22,502 bases of DNA, taken from contig NW_021836909.1 in the NCBI RefSeq assembly GCF_006345805.1, positions 1 through 22,502 on the forward strand. The letters run 5' to 3'. Shown piece after piece: positions 11,193 through 21,229 of this stretch. Every line of letters begins with the position of its first letter. Positions within the stretch are counted from its first letter, which is position 1. This DNA is from Octopus sinensis. Its lineage: Eukaryota. Position numbers and translations under genes: made by a program. The notes below the pieces were generated by a model. It was not told where the DNA came from. It was given only the letters and a program-made list of their open reading frames with translations, and ran no database searches.

Positions 11193-14100
11193 TCATAGGA
11201 CTATGCTCAAGGTGGCTTCGTCATTCATACGTGCCATTCTTGCTACATTCACCCATCTTTTTTTTAAAACATTCACTAGACAAAACGTGCCTCTCTACTC
11301 TCACTTTCCTCTTCAAGTGATACTGAAGAAGTTGATGAGAGATTGACCAGAGGTGGAAAGTGTTTGTCTCCAATCCTTTCAGACGCGTCCACCAGATACA
11401 TTCTTTCGCCATAGCCACAAGGATGATGAAAATAGCTCTTCCTTCCCGTTTGAAGGAAGAAGGCGTGACAATATTGACGATAGACTCAGCTGATAAACCG
11501 ACTCGTCCACACATGACAGCAGTTGTTCAACATAAGCCCACAGGTCGGAAATTGTTGGACACTGAACGAGTGCGTGCAGAACGGTTTCGTCGCTCTGACC
11601 GCATCTGGGCAGGTCGGCCCTGTGTTCTCGAGCCGTGTCTGTAGAGCTTATCCCGAACGGGTAGCGCTTCTCGGTAGCACTGCCAGGCCAGGGATCTCTG
11701 GAAGTTGTCCATGGGCCCTGGCCCGAAAGTCGTCCTGAACAGGCGGGTCAGGTACTCCTCGTCGACGTCCAGGTTCGCCCCGAGCTCGTCGTCGTACCTC
11801 CCCTCCACTAAACCCCTATAGAATGCTTTGGAGCAACGCGACACTCGTGAGAGCAACGCGACACTCGTGGTGCCATTCGCCCTTCCTCGGCCTCTTTTTG
11901 ATCCACGACTGCAGTTCGGTCATGGAGACGAGCTGCGGGAAAGCGTGCCTCATAAACGGCGACCACACCTGTTTACCGTCGTCTACATAGAACCAGAGAT
12001 GTCGCAGTCTCAGCGCGTGTCTGCGCATCATCAACCACGGCATGCCCAGCCCTCCTTTTAACGGGTGTTGACAGCAAATGGATCGCCTGACCATCGGGAC
12101 GCATCCTTTCCACAAGAAGCGAAAGAGGATGCGTTGTAGTTTGGTGATGGTAGGGTCGGCACAAGGTACGACGGTCAGGCGGTAGTAGATGACGGACGGG
12201 ATGTACGTGTTCGCCACCTCCGCTCGACCTTTTAGGGACAGTTTCCTCTCGGCCCATTGCCGGGCGAGAGTGACCACCCTACTCATTATCTCGTTCCAGT
12301 TCTTCTCCACTTGGAGGTCCGGACCAAACCAGACCCCGAGCAACTCAACCGGGCCGTCGGTCTAGCATCCCACGACGGAGGCGCTGGTGGACGGCATGGG
12401 CTTGCTTCTCCAGGTGCCTAATCGCAAGCCCACTGACTTTTCCCGGTTGATTTTCGCTCCTGTCACCGCTTCGTAGTTTTTCAGTGTCTCGCCGACCAGC
12501 TCGATGTGCTCGTGGCTAGACACTATGACGGTGACGTCGTCCGCGTATGCAGACACGCTCGTCCCGCATCCCAATTCTCGCGGGATGCCCCTCAGAGTCG
12601 CCAGCTTCCGCAGTAGTGGCTCAAGAGTCAATACGTATAGAAGCGCCGAGAGGGGGCATCCCTGACGACCGAACGTGCAATGTCGAAAGGTCTCGATAGA
12701 TGTCCATTTACGCGAATTACCGAACGGATGCCTCTGTACAAGGCAGCTATCCAGCCGCGGAAGACGGGACCGAAACCAGCCGCTCTCAGGACTGCCCCCA
12801 AGTATCGATGGTCTACCCTATCAAAGCTTTCGATTGATCCAAGTTGATCAGGGCCCCACCCATGCCAGGTTCGTTAACTACCCTGTCTATGATTAGCGCA
12901 TCAGATGGAGGTTATCATGGATGGTCCGGCCTGGCACGGCGCATGTTTGTGCCTTGACGACCAGTTTCTCGATGACCAGCGCCAACCTCTTGGCTAGCAC
13001 CTTTGCCAAAATTTTCAAGTCTGCATTAAGCAGAGTGATGGGCCTAAAGTTATATATTACATTTTCCTTGTTTAGATCTTTCTTCAGCATGTTACGGCTC
13101 CTCGGCTCACAAAACCAGGAATGCTCCCGTTTTGCTGCCAGTTGCAGTACACCGCCGCCAAGAGATCTCCAAAAAGTCTGGCATACAATTGTAAAGCTCG
13201 TAGGGTAGACCATCCAAACCGGTGATTTGTCCCTCGAGCATTCTGTCTGCCATCCTTCCCGCACTTCCGCCGCCGTGATGGCACCTTCGCAGCACCCTGC
13301 CTTCTTGTCGAGAGTCGTGGTAGGCTATGTAGGTAGGCACTGAAGTCCACCCTACGTTCTTGCCCTCCACTCGTTCCGAACAGTCGGGCAAAATGCTGCT
13401 GAAAGGCCTCACACATTTTACTTGGCTCGAGCAATTCGCGCCCCTGTTCATCTACCATGACCGAATGGTGGCTTTGTTGCCTGTTGCGCCTCTGCAACCC
13501 GGGCCTCTCTCGCGGCTCCAACACCTTCGTTCCTTAGAGCACGCATTCTAGCTCTGACAGCACATCCTTCGTGTTTGGCGTTGAAGTGTTGGTCGAGGGC
13601 CAACCTCGCCGCCAAAACGTCGGATGCGATGCCGCTTCTAATTGCCTCTTCTAGCTTCTTAACTAGCTCACCTCTACTCTATTTCTATCTATGGCTAGTG
13701 CTTTGCTGTACCTAATCGCTTCTGCTTTTACTGCTCTCTTGAGGGCAAACCACCATTTGTTGTTGATGATGGCTCCCGTCAAAGCCCTCTGTACTAGTGT
13801 GCTAATCCGGTCTCTGAAAACTTGTCTCGATGGGAGACGCGGTTTAGTTTCCAGTATCCGGGACCCTGCCTAAGTGTCTTACTAAGTCTAGTCGTACATG
13901 TCACAGTTTGTGATCCGTGTAGCTGACTATGTGGAATTGTGGACATCCATGCTATCTCTATCTACTGTCCTACACAGTATCCTATCTAGAGATCTCGACG
14001 ACCCGATGCGGTTGCTCCATGTCCACGTTGGCGCATTCGGGTGGTCTAGTCGGAACCTGTCAGACAGTTGAAAGCGTCTGAGCAGGTCTCTGAGGCATTT

Positions 14101-14573
14101 GCATCCCGTCTATTCCTATCTCTACCCACGTAGTCTACATGCGTGTCCAAGGTAGCATTCCAATCCCCCACTAAGAGTAAAGGACGAGACGTTCCCAAGA
14201 ACTTCTAGACGTTGAAAGAAATCCGCCCGACCTGTTAAGGCGGTGCGTAACTGATACGAGTCGAAAAGCGCACCCATTGCTGCCGTCGACATCCGGACGA
14301 CCAGTCTACCTCCGGTCTACGATATTGTCCTTACTTTGAGATCCAGACTCTTGTGAAAAGTACCGCGGTGCCACTACCGCCCATTCTCGGCAGACAGGGG
14401 GAAAAATAAATGTTAATTGTCCGCCAAAACATGGTCTTTAGGGCCCGCGGATTGTGGAGTCTGGTCTCGCTGAGGGCTATGATTCTAACTTATGTGACTT
14501 TATGTCATTAAGAGGTACCCTTGTTTCCAAGATGACCCCCAGCCACGCGCATTTCACAACCAATCTTGATCAT
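11193..14573 (-). pseudogene. ORF2 of copy 2 (APE-RT-CCHC), disrupted
   Basis: ATG at 14571-14573 (MIKIGCxNARG, APE motif I), FRPITLLNADLKILAKVLAKRL, YADD at 12536-12547, stop at 11193-11195. Lesions: nonsense TAG at 12362-12364 (TGG in copy 1), a deletion/insertion at 11831-11848, and many 1-bp indels. Confidence 0.9.
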
Positions 14574-14585
14574 AGTTCTAATGAA

Positions 14586-15955
14586 TTAGAAAGTTTTTGC
14601 TTTCTCCTCCGTTGGTTTGTCCTCGAGAAGATCCCAGTACAGTTTCTTTGTGAGATATTTTTGGCATTTACCAACCGCACTGGGGAAAATGCCTTTGGTG
14701 TGTGTGCAGACTTTTGGAGATGTGTAATATTTTGATGTGGTCTGGTGGTGTGTGTATGGGTGATTGTTTGTTTTTATGTCCTCTTCTGTTATGTTTTTTT
14801 TTGATTGGATGTATTCCATCAAATTTGTGTTTTTGGTGTCTATGGCTGTGAGCATGTTTGCTGTATATGTTTTTTTTGTGTTGGTGTGGCTGTTGTTTGC
14901 GTTGGGTTTTGAAATGTCTTCGGAGATGTATTTCCCCTGCTTTGTTCGCGTTTGCATTTGGTTTGGTTGTGTTTCTGCTCTTATTTTCCTTCTTTTTGTA
15001 GCTATTTGCCATTCCTCACTGGTTTCGTCTTCCGACGAAATTTCTGAGGAATCAAAGGGGGTAGGGGGGTGTGTTGGGCTTCTATGTATGTCTGTGTAAG
15101 TGGTTGTGTTGTTGTTTTAGTTGTTGTTGGTTGTTGAGTGCTTGTGTGTGTTGAGTGCGGTATAAGGGATGGGGGATCAGTTTGTGTGTGTTTTCTTTGT
15201 TTTTCTGTTCCTTTGGGTTTGCTGTTGTTGTGGTGTTGGTATTTTTCAGGTGTCGAGTGGTTTTTGGTTGATGACGGATTAGCTTGGTGTGCTTCTCTTG
15301 TCGTCTTCTGTCTTGATGTGGTGTGGGTAGTAAGCTTTTTTTCCGGAGTGCTTTGGTTGTAGTAGTGGTTGTTGTTTGTTTGCTCTGGTGTGCATGGTTG
15401 GGCACGTCTTTTTCAAGTGTGTTTCGCTTCCACACAAATAGCAGCGTGGTCGCCTGCCCTCAACCACTATATAGAGTTTGTAGCCTCCTGGCAGTTCTAT
15501 AGCGGTGGGATCTTCTCTCTTGCTGCTTCATCCAATTGAAGCAGGAATTCGATTGATTTGCCCACATAGTCTTTCTCTCCTAGAACCACGCGATTTCCAG
15601 ATGTTTGTCTCTGACATTGTCTCTGACATTTCAAAGCAGATGGCAGAGACCAACCATTGTGTTTCGACATCAAATGGTATGTTTTTTATTTGGACTTTCG
15701 TGACCCTTTTGTTTAAATAGACTGGTATCATCCAGTCGTCCGAATGTAGCTTCAATGTGGAAAAACGTTTTGCTAAACTTTCGTTGAGGAAACGTACTTG
15801 GACTGTACCAATTTTGTTTCCCCAACTGATATATTCCTTGGAGTCCCATGCAGGACGAAGGCATTTTTCGATTTTTTCCTGCGGTGCATTTTCTGTTCTT
15901 CTTGTTTTTTTGTTTATTACTTTATAAATTATTGTTTTTTTTTGGTGTTTTCCAC
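14586..15955 (-). pseudogene. ORF1 of copy 2 (RRM-like N-terminus, CX2CX4HX4C zinc knuckle, low-complexity T/K/N/Q/H tail), frameshifted
   Basis: KTIIYKV...KIGTVQVRFLNESLAKRF...VTKVQIKNIPFDV, then IELPGGYKLYIVVEGRRPRCYLCGSETHLKKTCP (knuckle 15402-15443). Stop TAA at 14586-14588. No ATG; GTG at 15953-15955 is the likely start position. RRM-like is a judgement by eye. Confidence 0.78.
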
Positions 15956-15988
15956 GATGTGTTGTGGAATGTGAAGGTGCAATTTGAA

Positions 15989-16006
15989 GATAGATAGATA
16001 GATAGG

Positions 16007-16056
<50 letters not shown>

Positions 16057-16097
16057 CATAGATACATAGATAGATAGATACATAGATACATAGATAC

Positions 16098-16149
<52 letters not shown>

Positions 16150-16315
16150 AGGTAGATAGAAAGATAGACATATAGATAGAAAGATAGATAGATAGATAGG
16201 TAGATAGATAAATAGATAGATAGACAGATAGACAGAGAGAGAGCTAGAGAGACAGAAAGACAGGCAGACAGCTAGACAGACAGGCAGACAGACAGACAGA
16301 CAGACAGACAGACAT

Positions 16316-16356
<41 letters not shown>

Positions 16357-16516
16357 GAGAGAGATAGATAGATAGATAGATAGATAGAAAGATAGACAGA
16401 TAGATAGATAAATAGATAGATAGATAGAGAGGTAGATAGAAAGATAGACAGATAGATAGAAAGATAGATTAGATAGATAGATAGATAGATAGATAGGTAG
16501 ATAGATAGATAGATAA

Positions 16517-16578
<62 letters not shown>

Positions 16579-16619
16579 CGATAGAGAGAGAGAGAGATAG
16601 AAAGAAAGAAATAGCTAGA
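15989..16619. repeat. GATA array D, more degenerate, with one decayed higher-order unit at 16227-16270
   Basis: Contains GGTA, CATA, GAAA and AATA variants. No retrotransposon 3' end at its far (high-coordinate) side. Confidence 0.95.
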
Positions 16620-16640
16620 CACACACATCCATATATACAT

Positions 16641-17004
16641 GGTTGTAGTGTAAGAAGCTTTTTTCCCAGCCAAATACGGTTCCACGTTGAATCCCTCTGC
16701 ATGGAAACTCAGGCAAGTATATTCTACCCTTACCTAGGGCTGAACAAAATCTTGTTAGTGGATTTGGTAAATGAAAACTGAAAGAAGCTTCATAACAGGA
16801 GTGTGTCTATGTGTGTGCCTATGTATGTGTGTGTGTGTGAGTTAGTGTTTGCATATGTGTGTGTGTGTGTGTGTAGCGGTTCGGTAAAGAGGCTGAGAGG
16901 ATAAGTGATATGCTTAAAATAAAAGAAAGGACTGGGATCGATGCAGTTGACTAAAAATTCAAGGTGATGCCCCAGCATGACCGCAGTCAAATGCCTGAAA
17001 CAAT
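16641..17004 (+). mobile_element. Degenerate tRNA-derived SINE (same family as 18833-20165 copies)
   Basis: Shares gtggatttggta..aaactgaaagaagc, an internal (TG)n tract and the 3' ccagcatg.ccgcagtcaaatg.ctgaaacaa with the copies below. Confidence 0.7.
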
Positions 17005-17318
17005 TAATATATATATATATATATATGTATATACATATATACACATGATGTCTGTTATATTTTGGTTCATCTCGTAATGACGTAGTTTCATTTGACCATT
17101 AAAGATATTATTATCAGTGATGGTGGTCAGTTGGACTGTCCACACCGCTAATATCAACATCAACATGATCAATATACAATTCCTCCACAAACACAAGTGT
17201 TGTGTAGTACTTGTGATTAAATCTATCCCCATTATTTCACTGGTACCTTGATAGTATTTATATTATACAGATCAATAAGATACTGGAGAGTGTATATAAT
17301 ACGTATTTATTAACTAAC

Positions 17319-17355
17319 CTGGTTCAGCAAGAGAGACACCAATTCATTGTTTCGC
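17319..17355 (-). CDS. Ankyrin-repeat gene exon 3 (in window), 37 nt
   Basis: Acceptor TTACTTTCAG, donor GTTAGT (17313-17318). Phase 2 in matches the previous exon (AA+G = K); reads RNNELVSLLLNQ; phase 0 out. Confidence 0.8.
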
Positions 17356-17664
17356 CTGAAAGTAATGGATGAGGAAAGAAAAACATGAAAAAAAAGCAAA
17401 CATCACACAGCTTGAGATAATAGTTATTAGGTCATTAAAGAAAACAAATGTAATTAGGTCACAATAACTTAATTACAGCAATTATTACACACATACTCAC
17501 ACACACATATATATTTATTCAATACACACTCTACACAGTAGAACAATGATATATACACACCTGAGTAAAACCAGAAATGTAAAGACAGGAAAAATACTGC
17601 TAAGAATTCTGACAGCTAATATAAACATGAATTTAGGAAGGAAAGAAGGGCTACAGGTAATCAT

Positions 17665-17935
17665 ATGAACCCAAGTACATGACTGGTATTGTATTTTATC
17701 AATCTTGCAAAGATGGAAGAAGTTGACCTTGGCAGGATTTGAACTCTGAACGTAAAGAGTCGTAAATAAAATAACACAATTTATTTTCTCTAAAAGTAAT
17801 AAGAAACAAGAACTGGAGAAAAGAAGGAAGACAGTTTATTAAAAGAACCCCTGGTTATTACTGGTACAGATTATATTGACCCCAAAGTGATAGTAAATAT
17901 TCTGGTAGGATTTGAACATGGAACATAAAAGAGAC
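17665..17935 (-). mobile_element. Two decayed SINE fragments with tRNA B-box-like GTTCAAATCC
   Basis: ggatttgaac at 17735-17744 and 17908-17917, each preceded by similar actggta...tat.(g)a(c/t)c sequence. A third ggatttgaac is at 18078-18087. Confidence 0.45.
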
Positions 17936-18331
17936 AAATGTAAATACTGTAAGGGGATGATTCTGTATTTAGCCCAGGGTCGGAGTAAATAGGGAAACTA
18001 CAAAGGAGAGAAAGTGAGGAAGAAAAAGAGAAAGAGAGAGAAAGTAGTTCTAGATGGGATGAAAGGAAGAAGAGAGAGGATTTGAACCTGTGACGTTGAG
18101 GAAATGGAGAACGAGATGAAGTAAAGTGTCCAGTCAGGCAACAACAATAACAATTATGGTGATGATTAATTAATAAAGTAGATTACAGTGTTCATTCAGT
18201 GTGAAAGAGAGAAGAAAGACAATGACCCCATGGTGGGATTATGACATGAATGACTGAATGAAAAAGAAACAAACATTATTGAAAACATAAAAGAAACAGA
18301 TATGGATATTCCAGATCCAATGGGGACTTAC

Positions 18332-18486
18332 TTCTGAACTGCCACATGCAGTGGTGTGTCACATTTGTTGTTCAAAACATTGGCATCGATGCCATTGTGA
18401 CCCAACAACAGCTCGACAGTGTGCAAGTATCCATTATAACAGGCCAAGTGCAGCGGTGTTTGACCATATTTATCTCGAGGATTCAC
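18332..18486 (-). CDS. Ankyrin-repeat gene exon 2 (in window), 155 nt
   Basis: Acceptor TTTTCTTTTTCAG, donor GTAAGT (18326-18331). Uninterrupted VNPRDKYGQTPLHLACYNGYLHTVELLLGHNGIDANVLNNKCDTPLHVAVQ, with two TPLH motifs 34 aa apart. Confidence 0.92.
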
Positions 18487-18771
18487 CTGAAAAAGAAAAG
18501 AATAAAAACATTAAAAATGGTGTCTGAAAGGGGAGTCGGGTGGTGAAGAATTAAAAGAAAAACTCACAGAAAAAGAGAAGAGAAGGAATGAAATTAATTA
18601 AACAGGTGGAATGATTGGGGTGGGGAGTAGGTAATAGAGATTTCTATTGTATATACACACACGCGTATACACACATACATGTGTACATATAAATATATTT
18701 ATACACACACACACACAAACACACGCATATAGGATGAACAACTCAATAAATAAACACATAGAGCAGCAAAA

Positions 18772-18802
<31 letters not shown>

Positions 18803-18832
18803 GTTCGCGTTTGTGTGTGTTCATAGTTACAT

Positions 18833-19104
18833 TTATTCTTTTATTCTTTCATTTGTTTCAGTCATGTGACTGTGGCCATGCTGGAGCACTGTCATTAGTC
18901 GAGCAAATCGACCCCAGTAAGCCTTGTACTTATTTTATTAGTTTCTTTTGCTGAAACGCTAGTTTACGGGGACGTAAACACACCAGCAACGGTTGTCAAG
19001 CGATGTTGGGGACAAATACAGACACACAAACACACGCACGTACACACAGAGACACATAACACACACACACACATACACAAACTCATATGCATATATATAT
19101 ATGT

Positions 19105-19141
<37 letters not shown>

Positions 19142-19335
19142 GATTTATACATATTTATATATATATATACATACGACGGGCTTCTTTCAGTCTCCATCTA
19201 CCAAATCCACTCACAAGGTTTGCTCAGCCTGGGGCTATAGCAGAAGACACTTGTACATTGTGCCATGCAGTGAAAATGAACCGGGAACCATGTGGTTGGT
19301 AAGCAAGTTACTTACCTCACAGCCACACCTGCGCC
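18833..19335 (-). mobile_element. tRNA-derived SINE, full length, with internal microsatellite
   Basis: Minus strand: GGCGCAGGTGTGGCTGTGAGGTAAG (A-box-like), GGTTCCCGGTTC (B-box-like), body, (TG/TA)n, 3' domain and AAAAGAAT-type tail. Resembles octopus OR/OK-type SINEs from memory. Confidence 0.8.
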
Positions 19336-19410
19336 TCTCTCACTACATATATATATATATACATATATATATATACACATGTGTGTGTGTGTGTGTGTAA
19401 ATAGATCTTT

Positions 19411-19812
19411 TTTACTCTTTTGCTTGTTTCCATCATTTGACTGTGGCCATGCTGGAGCACCACATTTAGTCGAGGAAATTGCGACCAGGACTTATTCTTT
19501 GTAAGTCTAGTACTTATTCTATCGATCTCTTTGCCGAACCGCTAAGTTACGGGGGCGTAAACACACCAGCATCGGTTGTCAAGCGATGGTGAGTAACAAA
19601 CACGCACACTCAAACACACAAATATATATATAATATATATATATAATATATACATATATAGGACGGGCTTCTTCCAGTTTCCGTCTACCAAATCCACTCA
19701 CAAGGCTTTGGTCGGCCCGAGGCTAAAGTACAAGACACTTGCCCAAGTGGGACTGAACCCGGAACCATGTGGTTTGTAAGCAAGCGACTTACCACACAGC
19801 CATTCTTGTGCC
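19411..19812 (-). mobile_element. tRNA-derived SINE, full length
   Basis: GGCACAAGAATGGCTGTGTGGTAAG...GGTTCCGGGTTCAGTCCCAC head; homologous along its length to 18833-19335. Confidence 0.85.
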
Positions 19813-19817
19813 TATAT

Positions 19818-19860
<43 letters not shown>

Positions 19861-19862
<2 letters not shown>

Positions 19863-20165
19863 GACAATGCCTTGTGAGTGGATTTGGTAGATGGAACTGA
19901 AAGAAGCCTGTCGTATATATGTATATTATATATATATGTGTGTGTGTGTTTGTGTGTCTGTGTTTGTCCCCCAGCATTGCTTGACAACCGATGCTGGTGT
20001 GTTTACGTCCCCGTAACTTAGCGGTTCGGCAAAAGAGACCGATAGAATAAGTACTGGGCTTACAAAGAATAAGTCCCGGGGTCGATTTGCTCGACTAAAG
20101 GTGGTGCTCCAGCATGGCCGCAGTCAAATGACTGAAACAAATAAAAGAGTAAAGAGTAAAAGAGT
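19861..20165 (+). mobile_element. tRNA-derived SINE, 5'-truncated, with (A)AAAGAGT tail
   Basis: Reverse complement of the 3' two-thirds of 19411-19812. Confidence 0.85.
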
Positions 20166-20416
20166 ATATATATATATATATATATGTTGTTGTATGTTCC
20201 TCATGAAGCTTTTTAATAAAACTTTTCTTAATGAAATTTTCTGAAAATCCATCCCTTTCAATGTCTTAATCAACGATTATGTCTGGAGTTGTGATGGTGT
20301 TGAAACTAATCAAATGCTTCTGTTTTCTCAACATAATCGTCATCAAAAATCAATGATTATCATTAAAAGTAGGAAACACCAGAAAGTTATGGGAGAAAAT
20401 ACGGGGGCTCAAGACG

Positions 20417-20766
<350 letters not shown>

Positions 20767-21115
20767 ACTAATATAGGATGAAGTTTTTTTTACAGAAAAA
20801 TATTCCATCAAAAAATGTGGCAGCATATTAAAATAACTTTACTGTTAAATTATAAACAACTTATAAATAAGGGCTAAAGAAAAGTATTTCAATGACAATT
20901 TGCTGATAAGAGACTTTTAAATCGTCAATTTCCACATATTATTTACTCGCTACAGAGAAATAAAACACGATGAACTGAAACCGGGAGAAGCCGGACGATA
21001 GAATGTTTTTTAAAAAGTTCGTTATTTCTATATTGAATCAATTTCGGAATTAATCTCATAATAGATTCTTTCGTCTTCAGTAGAACATACGAAAGGATAT
21101 AAATAAGATACTTAC

Positions 21116-21161
21116 CTCACTTCCCCGAGATATTAAGATCTCCACAGCATGAGGTTGGTCA
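21116..21161 (-). CDS. Ankyrin-repeat gene exon 1 (in window), 46 nt
   Basis: Acceptor TCTTTTACTCTCAG, donor GTAAGT (21110-21115). T + DQPHAVEILISRGSE joins in phase 0 to VNPRDKYGQTPLH, giving a canonical ankyrin linker. Confidence 0.85.
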
Positions 21162-21229
21162 CTGAGAGTAAAAGATAGAAACATTGACTAATTTACATTA
21201 AATATGAAAATATTTTGGCTTTGAGACGA

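Larger units (their letters stand above)
10827..15988 (-). mobile_element. Tx1-type non-LTR retrotransposon copy 2, near full length (5162 bp)
   Basis: ORF1 with CCHC knuckle, 12-nt spacer, ORF2 with APE/RT/CCHC, and ~366-nt pyrimidine-rich 3' UTR ending AATAAAGAAACA. Both ends abut TATC repeats. Confidence 0.93.

Noticed and set aside
15606-15629. 12-bp tandem duplication (tgtctctgacat x2) in ORF1
   Set aside because: Real but frame-neutral, and with no second ORF1 copy its significance cannot be judged.
6323-15988. Interpretation as CRISPR array, LTR element or DIRS/direct-repeat element because of the repeated ~140-bp end
   Set aside because: The repeated sequence is a 3' UTR with AATAAA present only at 3' ends. 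There is no LTR at 15988, no integrase, and the APE-RT-CCHC order is non-LTR.
10827-15988. Target-site duplications
   Set aside because: Cannot be defined inside a tandem repeat.
16987-17232. ORF 16987-17232 as an extra host exon
   Set aside because: No ankyrin pattern, and exons at 17319 and 2644 already join into a coherent repeat.
19700-19812. tRNA gene
   Set aside because: A/B-box-like head without a full cloverleaf, continuing into the SINE body.
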